The notes under the pieces are model-generated. The model was not told the origin of the DNA and made no database searches. It saw nothing but the letters and a program-made list of their open reading frames with translations. A stretch of DNA of 59,920 nt, filler included, from Dugesia japonica (taxonomy: Eukaryota): the NCBI GenBank assembly GCA_001938525.1. It is 5 parts of 5 records of this genome, joined end to end, with 100 filler letters (N's around TTAATTAATTAA, not from the genome) between each part and the next. Parts side by side here need not be neighbours in the genome. Positions count along the whole stretch, not along the records: positions 35,594 to 45,471 come from MQRL01632027.1; positions 45,572 to 59,920 come from MQRL01581873.1; 3 more parts are not named here. One strand, written 5' to 3'. Each line of letters begins with the position of its first letter. The stretch's first letter is position 1. Position numbers and translations under genes: made by a program. Positions 39,691-52,570 of this stretch are shown one piece after another.

Positions 39691-40439
39691 AATTATCAAT
39701 TTTTATTTAATAATTCCATTTAAATTTAATTTAAATCTTATATATGCTACTAAAAATAGTCTATCGCGTTAGACTCTAAATATACAAAAAAATAATATGT
39801 AGTTTTACATATTATTTATTTATTTATTTTTTCTAAATATAATTTTAACATCCTTAAAAATATTTTTTTTTTAAACTAAGTTTGAAAAATATTTGTTATA
39901 TTTAAATAGCTATTAAAAATAAATAATAAATAACGCAAATTATTAAAATATCTCTTTATTTTAAAATAAAAATAAACTTTACCAAATGTTTTTATAATTG
40001 AAAATCCATAAGAGTTATAAATCGATTCATAATATCAAATATTTTTAAAAATAATATCAACATTATAATAGTTTATAGTTTATCTTAAATCTAAAATAAT
40101 TTATTCCGTTTTTATTTAATTCAAACAATTCAATTTTAAACAATTTTTTATTAATTTATTTTTATTTTAATTTACATTAATAAATTTTCTGTGTAGTGGG
40201 GTAATTTTGGGATTTCTCTTATTTATTTTTTCTCTCGAAATTGTTAAAATTTGAAATTTATTTTAATTTCATAATATTGATTTATTACTCAAATTGTTGA
40301 AAAAGTCTATTTATTGATGGTTTTTGAGTTTCTAAAAATTTGAAAAATTTTGAAGGAGCCCTAAAAAAGTCTATTTTTGCCCTTTTACGCTTGTTTTAAC
40401 ATGATCACTTTTTAATAAAAATGAGCATCCCGCCCTCGC

Positions 40440-42320
40440 CCCTATTTCTAATGATTTGCCATTCCAAGAAAAGATCGCAACTATTGAGTACATTTTGGAA
40501 TTCCAGCATTTACAATCTCCTTGACATTCTCAAAATTTGGTTTTAATCAAAATTTGTTTATTGTATAACCCAAAAACTCGAGCTCTTCTTGATACAGTTT
40601 ACATTTGGCTGGATTTACTTTAAGATCAGAAGCGAGAATTCTTTTAAATACTTCTGATAGAATACGATTATGTTCTTTACAATTTTTCGCAAAGATTAGA
40701 ATATCATCGATATAAACTACAGGTCGTCTAAATAGAATATCCGACAAAATCGTATGTATTAACTTTTGAAACGTATTCAGACCAGTTGATAGGCCGAAAG
40801 GCATGCGATTATAACAGTACTGATTTTTCTTTGTAAAAAGCGCGGTTTTAATTTTATCCCCATCTTCTCGTTTGACTTGATAATACACTTGACCTATATC
40901 TAGTGTTGAGAATATGATACATTCACTAAGATGATCGAATAACATTTGAGCATCTGGTATAGGAAACGAAAATTTATTAGTTGCTTCATCCAATAATCTG
41001 AAATTCTGACACATTCAAATAGCCCCATTAATTTTGTTAACAATCACTATAAGTAAGTTCCACGGGCTACTGCCTTCTTTTATTATACCGCTTTTAACAA
41101 ATGTTTCAATCATATCATCAATATTGCCTTCTAGATGCATTGATTGACGTCTTGGCTGTTGTTAGATTAGATTTCTCGTTGTGTTCATAGGATGTTTAAC
41201 AAGGTGTGTTTTACCTAGATCAAACGTATGCCCCATGAATATCGAGGTGAAATACGTTAATATTTTTTTAAAGTGTCATTTTGTGGTCTGAAAACGTCCA
41301 TAGTGACTCCTTAACGATCATCATCAGAAACATCACACATTACATTATCTGACTTGATTAATCCAATCATCTTTAATTGGATATTAAAGACTTTGAATAT
41401 GTCCATTCTTCTAATGAACTCTGGGCTTATACTCTGTACTACCACTAAATTGACAGTTTCGTCCATATTATTGTACTCAATTTTCACTTTTCCAACGCCT
41501 AAGCATTTAACGGCTTCCTTCAAAAATGCTCCACTCAATTTTATCTCTGAATTTTCCAATGGAAACGAACCACATCTTTTCCAAGCATTCATATTCATAC
41601 TGAAATCAATGATCCTGTGTCCCATAACATCTCTACATCTCTACCATTTACTTTAACCACTTTCCAAATTCTTCTATCGCTTTTCACCTACATCTTGTCA
41701 TCTACGTTTAAATTTTGATTATGATTTGTTCTTATTGTCTTGATTCCACAGACGAAATTGGAACCGTGAAATCCTTCTCGTTAAAATAGTTCACATCATG
41801 TGCTACTTCATCCGATTCATCGCAAATTACATCTATAGTTTCGTTTTCATTAGTTTCATCCGCAATGCATCTAACATCGTGATATTTCCCAAGCAGTCTA
41901 CAATTTCTAAACTTATGTCCTGATTTTTCACAAATTACACAGCAATCTTTTAGAGGACAATTATTGTGGAAATTTCTCATTGAACCACAACAAAATCACA
42001 TAGCGGGTCTCAAAATCTCTTTTCTTGGAAGTGAAAAATCTTTTGATTGATTATGAAACTTTCTGGCAATGAACTTCATAGATGTCGCCGGTAAGTTTCT
42101 CTGGATTAGCTTTTGGTATTGAATTTGAGAATTTGTTTCTGCATCATTAACAACAGCAGCTTTCCTTGATACCACTGACCTATCCGGAGTTCGAATGCAA
42201 TTATGACTGTTAATTCTTACTGTATCAATTACATATTTTTATATAATTTTCTTTTAAAACTGTTGAGATGCTTTGGGGATTGTTGCCAAAGCAAATCAGC
42301 AATTGCGTGAGTTTAGTAGT
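40440..42320 (-). mobile_element. Ty3/Gypsy gag-PR-RT remnant
   Basis: Zn knuckle CVICEKSGHKFRNC; protease region 41311-41625; RT 40547-41014 (RMPFGL, VVYIDDILIF, FLGYTI). Confidence 0.9.
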
Positions 42321-42500
42321 CTGCGAATATATCCTTAAACANNNNNNNNNNNNNNNNNNNNNNNNNNNNNNNNNNNNNNNNNNNNNNNNNNNNNNNNNNN
42401 NNNNNNNNNNNNNNNNNNNNNNNNNNNNNNNNNNNNNNNNNNNNNNNNNNNNNNNNNNNNNNNNNNNNNNNNNNNNNNNNNNNNNNNNNNNNNNNNNNNN

Positions 42501-42935
42501 AGTTTAATAATAAATTTTTATCTCACGAGTGTTGTCTCGGTAAGACTCAACTCGATTCGAGATTTTCAAAAAATGTGTGGTACAGGTATTTATTTGTACA
42601 GGTGTTTATATCTAATTTCTTGATGCATGTGCATCCTTTACATATAATAAAAATTACAAATATTTATATAAATTGTCCTATAAAAATTACAAATAAATCC
42701 AAATATTTATACAAATAAAATAAAATTGTCATAAAATATTTACCTCGTTGATAATTCCAATAACATAATCAAAATTTAAATATCAATAATTCCAGTAACG
42801 TAAAATTCAATTATTAACAAACAGCATATAATAATAAAACTTCAAATATTAAAGTTCATCCAAATTTAAATATCGATAATTCCAATAACGTAACAACATA
42901 TAATAATAAAACTTCGAATATTAAAGTTCATCAAC
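42501..42935 (-). repeat. Probable 5' LTR of the adjacent Gypsy, with internal tandem repeats
   Basis: Duplicated ~75-bp unit (AAATTTAAATATC..ATAATAAAACTTC.AATATTAAAGTTCATC); minus strand begins TGTTGATG at 42935. Confidence 0.45.
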
Positions 42936-43938
42936 AAATTGTCAATAATTTTATAAAATAATTTTAATCAATTAAAATTGTCAATTCATAATTTCAATTA
43001 AAACTGTCAATGAATTTTATTTGAACTGCTGCTTTGATTGATTGGACTTAGACTGCTTCTGATTGTGCTGCTTTGATTGATTGAACTGCTTTCTCTATTT
43101 GTGCTTTGTTTGATTCTCAACAAAACCTTTAAACATTTGGTTTCTCATGTAATAACTGGTCATTTAAGATAAATTCAGTAGAGCTACAGAGTTTAATATG
43201 TCTTGATTACGGGACTTATTTTTTGAAATAAAGTTAAATACATAGATTAGGGTCCTCGCAAACTTAATGTGGTTTAATTGCATATTTCTGAACAGTATAA
43301 GGGTTACTATACCTGTGAGTAGTTATTGACGTATTGGATACAGTTGATAAATTTCAGCCGAGCAATGTAGAAATAGGTGAATTGTACTCTTGTGTAAGTG
43401 TAAGAGATAAGGTAATATATAGAAAGGCTTACTTCATTTAGGGTTTCAGGAACACTAACCAAAGGCACACTTTATGATTTTAGTTGGTGCATAATTTTGT
43501 TTCACGCTCCAGTATATCATAAATATACTATAATATAGTTATATACAGATATAGATTTACAAATAGCTTTTATTTCAATTTATCCACCGAAATTGATTAT
43601 TAAAATTACTAATTTAATGTTTTAATTTATTTATTTTGTACTATTTCCTATGACATTTGTCTAACTTATTATTTTTAGGCTTACTATTTCTGCTAGCATT
43701 AAGTGGTTGAATTTTTAATCATCAATATTTTTAATTAATAATTATTAAAATCATTTCAGTTTTTTCATCATCGAACTTAATATTTCATTAAACTGGATTT
43801 TAAAAATGAAAATTTAGCATTGTTTGAATAATTTTTACTCATGTTCATTTTAAATTGGTTATTTTTAATAAATAATTAATTAAATAATTTCTGAAATTAT
43901 ATGTTATGGTTAATTTTTAAATATTTTCATAAATAAAA

Positions 43939-44562
43939 ATGAAAAAAATCTGGATAATATATCGTGGTAAGTATAATGAAGAGTGTCAAGAGTTTTGCTT
44001 TTCTAACAGTTGCACGAAGGACGAAATAATTGGAACTTTGCAACGCACATTCAAAATTGATGGAATACTAAATATCAGATTACGAAATTTTAACAGTTGT
44101 ATTGTTCCCATTAATATTCTAACCTTAGAATCAAATAATAGAAACAATCCTTATAAAATTGAAGTAAACATGAAATTAAACGTTATTTATATAATTAGTT
44201 TCCAGACTTGGACTAGTGAATGGCAGTTATGTGTGTCTTGTAGTCAGGGATTAAATAAGTGTGATAGGTCTGAATGGGGTGAAGCTTGGAAATCCAAGTT
44301 ATCTCTAGTTGAATCCCGAGTTACTGCAATGGAAAATTTAATCGAGATTTTATCCAACAAAAGTCTGTAAATAATCGATTAATAAAGCATTTATTTAATA
44401 TTAGATTCAACAATTTCAACTGCTGAAACAGAAGAATCTGTTCAAAATCGAATTATCAATTTACATTCGGATTTAAACGATTTGATTGCTCGTTTAGATG
44501 CGAATAATAACAGTGAAATAAATTCCAAATTATCAGCAAAACTTAGATCCCCATTATTATAG
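43939..44562 (+). CDS. Uncharacterised 179-aa protein, 3 exons; N-terminus resembles the PDE9-type N-terminal domain, C-terminal coiled coil
   Basis: ATG 43939; exons 43939-44163, 44206-44362, 44405-44562 with two 42-bp GT-AG introns; phases consistent; TAG stop. Confidence 0.65.
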
Positions 44563-45471
44563 TCTATTGATTTTTTAAATTTACGCTACAATCTATTTAT
44601 AATTAATTAATTTTAAANNNNNNNNNNNNNNNNNNNNNNNNNNNNNNNNNNNNNNNNNNNNNNNNNNNNNNNNNNNNNNNNNNNNNNNNNNNNNNNNNNN
44701 NNNNNNNNNNNNNNNNNNNNNNNNNNNNNNNNNNNNNNNNNNNNNNNNNNNNNNNNNNNNNNNNNNNNNNNNNNNNNNNNNNNNNNNNNNNNNNNNNNNN
44801 NNNNNNNNNNNNNNNNNNNNNNNNATAATGCGGACGGGGCCTTACGCTTCCCCCCGTTCCATAATATATAAAGTTGGCTACGAATTTCATGATGCTCATT
44901 ACATAATCGTTAATGTACCACCGTATAATTCGTTTCTTGATTACGCAATGAAATACGGTGGTATACTAATTATGTTATGACTCGGAAATTATATACTTTT
45001 GAATTTCACAAAAATGTCGTCATTTTTACGTAATCGAATTGAAAACTTCATTTTTCACGGAAATTCAGCGAAAAGCTCATTTTTGTTTAAATAAACCAAA
45101 TTTTCAAAAATAATTTTTGTTTTCCAAACATGAAAAAATTGTTACCAGTAAAAATAAATTTTCGAAAAAATAATTACATTATCTATTATTGTAAAGTTGA
45201 TGTTTTTCTAATAGATAAAACTGGTCTGCTCATTATTTTTCTATTAACAATATGGCAGCTTCCCTTCTGACTTAATGGGTACACATCTTTCTTCAACTCG
45301 TCTTGATTATTTACATTCTTTTTTACGGTAATCAAATTATTGGTTTGTTAGTAACTACGGAAAACTAATTGTTGGGGTTTTACCCAAGGTGGGTTGTATT
45401 CTTGTATGATTTAAATCTAGGGAGGTCGAACTTTATATAAAATTAAGTCTAGGGTAATTGACCTGGTAAAA

Positions 45472-45571
45472 NNNNNNNNNNNNNNNNNNNNNNNNNNNNN
45501 NNNNNNNNNNNNNNNTTAATTAATTAANNNNNNNNNNNNNNNNNNNNNNNNNNNNNNNNNNNNNNNNNNNN
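45472..45571. other. Artificial scaffold linker
   Basis: TTAATTAATTAA at 45516-45527 flanked by 44 N each side. Confidence 0.95.
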
Positions 45572-46910
45572 TGGTGCCGCTGCAATGCCAAATGGCATTC
45601 TATTAAAACAATATTGCCCGTGCTTCGTTGAAAACGCCGTTTATTTTTGAGATTCTTCTTCGAGCTCTACCTGATAGTATACATTTCCCAAACATATTGA
45701 ACTGAAATTTTTGACTCCATCTAACTTGTCCAGCATTTCATCGACATTAGGCATCCAAAAGGCTTGTCTCTTCGTTACTACATTCAATTGTCTGAAATCT
45801 AAGCATATTTTTATGTCTTTCTTTTCCTTTTCCAAACACAAATCAGTGGGGTATTCCATGGAGAGTTTGATTTCCGGATAATATTATTCTCGAAAAGGGT
45901 TTGGATAGCTTCTTCAATTTTAGATTCTAAGTTCATTGGTTGTCAATATGGTTTTACATTGATTGGTTCACCAATTGTGATTATTTTGTGTCTTGTCAGA
46001 TGTATGCGCCCTACATCCAATTTATCTGCCATAAAGCATCTTCTTTACTTTCAATTATTTTCAATAACCGTTGATCCTCTTTAATCTTCAAAATATTTAA
46101 AGCTCTTCTCAATCGCTATCCTTTTTTAATTTGTCTTCCAAACTTCGCTTCAATATTGTAAATGTAATTTTCGACTTTTTCTTCCGTTTTGCTTTAGACC
46201 TTTCGCATAAGCTGGTATCCAAAAATCATCTTCATATATATTCCTCCTATCAGATCTGGTAATACTCTTTCAGCAGCTAAGAACGTAATCTCTTTGCAAA
46301 CTTCATCAATTATTACTCGAATTTTAACTTTTCCAACAATTTCAAGTGTACTATTATTTGCACAACGCAATCTTTCATCACTAATTTCTAAATTTACTTC
46401 TCGTAATTTATTAAAACAACTCAAACTCATCATGTTAATTCAAGCCCTTGTATCTAAAAGACATTCAACTTTATTTCCTTGAATTGATACCGTAACACTT
46501 GGTCTGCCTTGCAATTTATTGTACAAAATATTTGTTTTCTTTTCTGCTTCAACTGTTCCAACCCATTCTACTTTTCTCTCATCTGCAAAATTTCCCCTTT
46601 TTAAGAACCCGTATACTTTTTCTGTAACTTTTACTATATCATCCGACTTTTCGACCCCTTGAAGATAATTACTATTTTCATTTATGAATGGCTCCAACCA
46701 ACTCCTCTAGTGGTAGAGCCCTGCCTTTTGAATACTACCTTTCAGAATCACTTTCATATACGTCCTCATATCCATCGTTTATACTGACATCTTCATCTTC
46801 AATCGCATGTACTCGATTATATCGGTTTCTTGATTTTTCTGCAGTCATAAATTTAAAACCTTTGGCTTTTAAATTTGTGTAGCACTCTTCTGTATACATT
46901 TCCAAAGTTA
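45572..46910 (-). mobile_element. Ty3/Gypsy gag end-PR-RT remnant (same family as 26007 and 2260)
   Basis: GRPSVTV..CLLDTRA, RLRCANNSTLE, ICLDFRQLN, MPNVDEML, GQYCFNRMPFGIAAAP. Confidence 0.9.
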
Positions 46911-47302
46911 CTTGTATGGTAGAAGATTTACTCCTAGAACAGATCACAAAGCTCTAACTTTCATGATGACGACGAAGAAACCAATTACGTCCCAATTTCA
47001 GACATGGATTAATTATCTGAGTAGTTTAAACATGGTTTTGGAATATAGAAAAGGATTTCAACATGCTAATGCATATATGTTATCTAGTTTCTTAAGAAAG
47101 GGAATTTGAAGAAATAATCATTATTTAATAATTTTGAGCCAATAGAAATTGAGTTAATTCTGGATAAAAATTTTTAAAATACTATTCAATAATCATTTCT
47201 NNNNNNNNNNNNNNTTTGTAGTAGTAAAATAAAAAATGTCTAACAATATAAATTCTGATTTGCAAAATGAATTAACAATTGAAGATTTACCTAACATGGT
47301 AA
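46910..47302 (+). mobile_element. Gypsy RNase H fragment + PPT + short LTR + gag start
   Basis: YGRRFTPRTDHKALTF..HANA; purine tract AAGAAAGGGAA; TGAAGAAATAATC at 47107; gag start MSNNINSDLQNELTIEDL at 47236. Confidence 0.75.
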
Positions 47303-47329
47303 TATCCACCATTACCACATTGTTTTCAC

Positions 47330-48329
47330 CTCACTTCTTGAGGTGGCCAAGTATTAACCTTCTAATATGGCAAACCTATTCACAACCAAAACATTTTGTT
47401 GGTTTTTTGTTTGGACAATCTCGACTTATATATCCGTTTTTATGATAACTCCAGCACTCTACCACTTTTTTTGTCGAACAATTTTCTTTTGTATGACCGA
47501 CCTTATGACATAATCAACATTCGATATTTTTTTTTCTTTCTTTACTCCACATGTCTATTCACTGTATGATTTACAAGTTTCTGATAATTTCGATTTGTAT
47601 CTCTCGCGTAACTTCTAACTGCATCAACTCGATCTCTCTTTTTCTCTACTCGATCGACTAATGTCATTGTTTCTTCAATTTCTTCTATATTCTCTCGTTT
47701 CCGCAAAGTCACTTCTTCAACTTTTTTGTTATCTGAACAAAATACTAGCATCATTTGCTATCATTTTTTCCTTAGTAAAATCTTTATTTGTAAAAAATCG
47801 TTTTACTAAATCTTTTACATTTTTAAAATAAACTTGAATCTCTTCATTTCCACGCCTGTAGTTAATCTTTCTTTCTTTCTTTCTTGCTTTCTTTCTCTTT
47901 CTCAAATGCCATACATAAACGAGCCTGAAAACCTTCAACCTTTTTCAACGTCTTTACATACTCTTCCAACAAATCTTCATTTAACAAACACGAGACTAAT
48001 CTCTCCTGTTGTTTTACATGGGTAATGTTTTTAGCTTCAAAATACAATTCAAACCACTTGATGAATTTCTCAATATTATCTCCTCTGCAGAATATCTTTG
48101 CTGATAACCTCTCAGTAATAGAATCGGTATTTACCGCTGATACCATGTTAGATAAATCTTCAATTGTTAATTCATTTTGCAAATCAGAATTCATATTGTT
48201 AGACATTTTTTATTTNNNNNNNNNNNNNNNNNNNNNNNNNNNNNNNNNNNNNNNNNNNNNNNNNNNNNNNNNNNNNNNNNNNNNNNNNNNNTATTGGCTC
48301 AAAATTATTAAATAATAATTATTTCCTCA
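47330..48329 (-). mobile_element. Gypsy short LTR + gag with three CCHC knuckles
   Basis: LTR start TGAGGAAATAATT at 48329; gag ORF 48206-47862; knuckles C.LCHKVGHTKENC, CWSYHKNGYISRDC, CFGCE*VCH. Confidence 0.85.
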
Positions 48330-48480
48330 TAATCATAATTAATAGAATGAAATGAATTTCAAGGGCTCTATTGAGGAGTTTTATAATAAATTTAATTGAT
48401 TCAATAAAAAAAATATGAAAAATGTATTAAATCATAAAAAATTAAAAGAACCAGATGGAAAAGTTACGAAATGATACAGT

Positions 48481-48570
48481 CTATCAAATTGTTGGACCTA
48501 GTGGTAGTGTAAAATCTTTGTTTGTATGTAAATTACTGAAAGAAAACTTATTCAAGTCCAAATCAAAATA
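48481..48570 (+). pseudogene. Polinton ATPase N-terminal fragment (Walker A)
   Basis: YQIVGPSGSVKSLFVCKLLK (GPSGSGK[ST] with G>V). Confidence 0.55.
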
Positions 48571-48939
48571 AAATTGCTCCAATATCTGATAATAAATACT
48601 TAACTTTGACTTGCGATTATCTATTAAAACTCCTATTTAATGATGGATATACGTCACACAACCGCAATTTTGGATTTATGTCTAACCAAATAACATTTAC
48701 AAAAAAGAAATGTGTGTACACAAAATTTAAAGATGATTCTTCAATAGAAACAATAAAAATGAAAATAGTTTATTTAATAGTAAAGTGTTTTAATATAACG
48801 TTTAAGGATAATTTTTACATTAAAGAAATAGAACAATTAAATAAATATTTTACAGAAAATTGTTCTATTCTTTTTAAAAATGTCTTATCAACGCAAATCA
48901 TTCATTCTGATTCACACTACATGATGATGTCAAAACTGT

Positions 48940-49869
48940 AACACTTGATAAAGTCTTGACCAAAACATTGGGATTAGAAAAACAACAATATTGACTTGCA
49001 GATATGAAGGAAGATCATATCAAAGCTATTAATGAAAATAATCAAGTTTCATAAAAGATTGAAATAATGCCAATAACACCACAGTAATACATGACCCACG
49101 TGTGTAGACATTGATGAAAAATGGTTCATGCTACATTCATTCAGTTGCAAAAGATATCATAGCAATAATTCCAGAAATAAAAGTCCTTGATTAAGCAAGG
49201 TCAATATCTCTAAAATAATGATACTAACTGCTGTCGCAAAACTGAACTCTGAAAAGATGTTTAACGGTTTAGTTGGTATTTGATGAATCCAGTCAAACTA
49301 CAAAACCCAATGATCGTCGAAAACTCACAAAAAAGGTGAGGTGTACAAAGTTGATAGCACAATCACTTCTGACTATTTTTATGAATTAATACATAATGCC
49401 CACTGTCTGCAACAAGATGCATTGGTGTGAAAACATTTTCATCCAAATTTATAATGCTCGTCAACATGTTGGTAAAAGCAACGGGCAAAATTTAAATAAT
49501 TTTGGTGAAAGTCGAACTCCAACAGTCACTGTTATGAACCAGCCCACTCAATCTCCTGAGTTAAACATCAATAATCTTGGATTGTTTCATTCGTTGAATA
49601 AGCAATGCCAAAAATTTATTTGTAACGACCTGGATCTATTGTGGACAATTTTAGAAGCCAAAATTTGATCTACTAAAGAAGAAATAATGACTTCTCTCTT
49701 CAAAAAACCAAATCTCAAACAGATCTTAAACAGATTATTGTTTCACGATGAACGTCTATCAATGTTACTCATAAATGATTAATATTAACATTTTATCCTG
49801 TATATATTTGAAAAATACAAATTTTCTAGGTTTTTTAATTTTTTAAAATCCAACTTTTTATGGATGTAG
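48940..49869 (+). mobile_element. DD39D-like (plant-mariner/Guest type) Tc1/mariner transposase pseudogene with right TIR
   Basis: VDIDEKWF, SKVNISKIMILTAVAK, FNGLVGI, IQIYNAR.H, QPTQSPELNINNLGLFHSL. Right end ATGGATGTAG-TA (revcomp CTACATCCAT, Stowaway-like). Confidence 0.8.
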
Positions 49870-50327
49870 TAAGTATTATTATTATTATTTTTACAATGAA
49901 AAACCAATATAAGCTATTGAAGAAAAAAAAGGAAAAAAAAGTAAATTTGTTTTTAATAATTATTAATTAATTAAGTAATTAGTTTAGAATTTATATGATG
50001 CTGAATTACTAAGAGGTGAATGATAAGCGTATGAATGTGAATGCTTAATCACGCTAGTTTATTTTTCGAATTTGTTATGATTTTTTAAATAAAAGAAGTC
50101 AATAATGAAGAAGAAAATCTATACTTTTATGCTATTATTATGAAAAATTTGTTTTTAATGCTTTTATAAAGAAAACAAATACTTGAATTAATATGTTATT
50201 AAAATGATCTTATTAAAATTATCATTCTTTTAGGACAATGTAGTTTGTAATAAAACTATTGCGCAAGTGCAAGTCACAATGGTGGCTTCCATAGTATCAT
50301 CAAAAGACATAAGGGCCAATCTTTTAT

Positions 50328-52570
50328 GTGAAAAGTTATTTTGTACGTTACTATAAAAATTTCTATAGAACCCATAGAGACCACCTTTCGAGTTTTACTA
50401 AGAATAAGAAAAATTTATTAAAATCTATTTTAGATAGGGAGTTAAATAATATGCAATTAGATGCACCGAATAAAATAATTAAGCGGGAAAAACTGAAAGT
50501 TATTACTATTAAGGATGAAACGATAAAAATTATTTTCATTGAAAACGATGAAGAAGAAATAATCTGGAAGGAAACAGAAAAAACAGTCAATATTTTACCA
50601 GAAGAAGAAGAATTCAATAATGAACCAGAAAAAGAATATTGGAACAGTTTCGAAATCGTAGATGAATTAGATTAAAAAGACATTATATTACAAGAATTCA
50701 TCGAATCAAAAGAAAATATTTAAATTAGTGGTGCATTAAATTCTGTTGTTGCAGATGAAGAAGTTATTATTGAAAAGGATTTGAATCGTTGGCACCAAAT
50801 CATAAAAATTAATATATCAAGTTGGAACACACATCAAATAATATTAACAGAAAATTTGATTGGCCAACTGTTTAAGATTATAAAAGAATTGAAAGAAGTG
50901 AAAATTCAATTTTGGATCGATTTTGAGTTCATAAGGTATGAGAAGATAAAAACTTGCAGAATATTAAATCAAGTTATTCCCACAAACAAAAACTTTTCTA
51001 ATGTTCGAATAAGGCAATTAACGAAACAATTGATATAAGGAGTGAGCTTGGTTCCGGCTGGATACTGAGCTGGATTTTGGAAATTAATTTCAAAATAACC
51101 AAATTAAAAAATATTAGCTGGCTGTCGGAACATATCTGTATACCGACACCAGTAAATCTGAAAAAGAAAAGAAACTACTACTAACGTTCAAAACACAGAT
51201 AATAAATGCATTATTTACAGCATTTTAGCTATTATTAAACAAGATTCAACTCATTAAAATAGATTTAGAGAATCAAAATATCAAAAATACATGTCTGAGT
51301 ATGTGTTTGAAGAATCAAAACATGTCAATGAAATTTGATAATATTCAAGAATTTGAAAGAAAATATCTAAGACCTTCAATCAATGTCTTTTCATGGAATT
51401 TGAAGGATGTAGAAGATGATGATGAAGAAGTTTTCAAACATCCCAATCCACAAGTTAAATGTAGTTGATAGAGAAAATATTTATTTATTGTAGCTAAAGA
51501 ACAATAATAAGTATCATTATTCAGCCCTAATGAATTTGAACAAACTTATGAATCGGGATGCTAAAAGAGCTGGTGTACAAATCTGCTCAAATCTTTTAAA
51601 TGGATCTAGACATAAATTAACATTTAAGAAAAATCAAATAATTTGTGAGAAAATTCAAACTGAAACAATTGCATATATCATGCTGACGGAGAAAAACTTG
51701 AAGTTTAAGAATTTCTCCTACATTTTGACACCACCAATCGTTATATATGCTGATTTTGAATCATTTTTACCGTAAGTAATCTACCTGTAGCAACAGAACA
51801 CCAAAGCGCTCCAAGCAAAAAAGTGAAAAAGCTAATATTAACTCTTTACGCAAAAACGGATTATGTAGTACACGGGAAGCTGTTACAAATATATATATAT
51901 ATATATATATATTTGCAACAGCTTCCCGCGTAGTACATAATCCGTTTTTGTGTAAAGAGTTAATATTAGCTTTAATGAATAATGTATTGAATCAATGTAT
52001 TGAGATCACCAAAGCTATATTGGGCAATCTGTACTGAGCTTGAGCAAGTAACGGATGTACAAGCTACATTACATCAAGCTTGAGACGTAAAAAAAGAAAG
52101 AAAACTGCAAAATTAGTATTGTAGCTGGCGATACTGACAGCTTTTTTCATGAATTACTGAATATAAGCCTAGAAAAACTTACCGGTTTAATGAAGAAAGA
52201 TGAATTATTAGATACATTTAATTACGGTAAAGATCATTCCCTCTATAGTAATCATCTTGATTCCGTCATTGAAAAGTTCAAAGACGAGAATAAAGAATAA
52301 AAGTATCTAGAATGGATATTTTTAAGACCAAAGTTCTAGAGCTTGTTGAGCGAGAAAGAAACATTGAAAGCACCAGGTGTTATACTGAAAAATAGCAGCA
52401 TCAAGCATCACACTGCTAAATAATAATATAAATAAATAATAATAAATAATAACACACAATAATAATATTGAAGAAATAGCAGTCGAACAAATGTTTCGAA
52501 AAATCATCAACTGTTAAGTATTAAATCAACGAAAATTGCGTTTGGTAACAGTGATTATAGGAGGTACTGG
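50328..52570 (+). pseudogene. Polinton protein-primed DNA polymerase B, internally deleted
   Basis: GSGWIL, NVQNTDNKCIIYSILA, ExoI PPIVIYADFES, KKLILTLYAKTDYVVH, SYIGQSVLSLSK, motif C AGDTDSFF, DHSLYS..KFKDE, LRPK, KIAF..DYRRY. Confidence 0.88.
51828..51973. repeat. 146-bp fold-back palindrome centred on (TA)n inside pPolB
   Basis: Arms are reverse complements with 4 mismatches. Confidence 0.95.

Noticed and set aside
47218-47226. AGTAGT as a Polinton terminus
   Set aside because: Lies between a Gypsy LTR and the gag ATG; no TIR follows.
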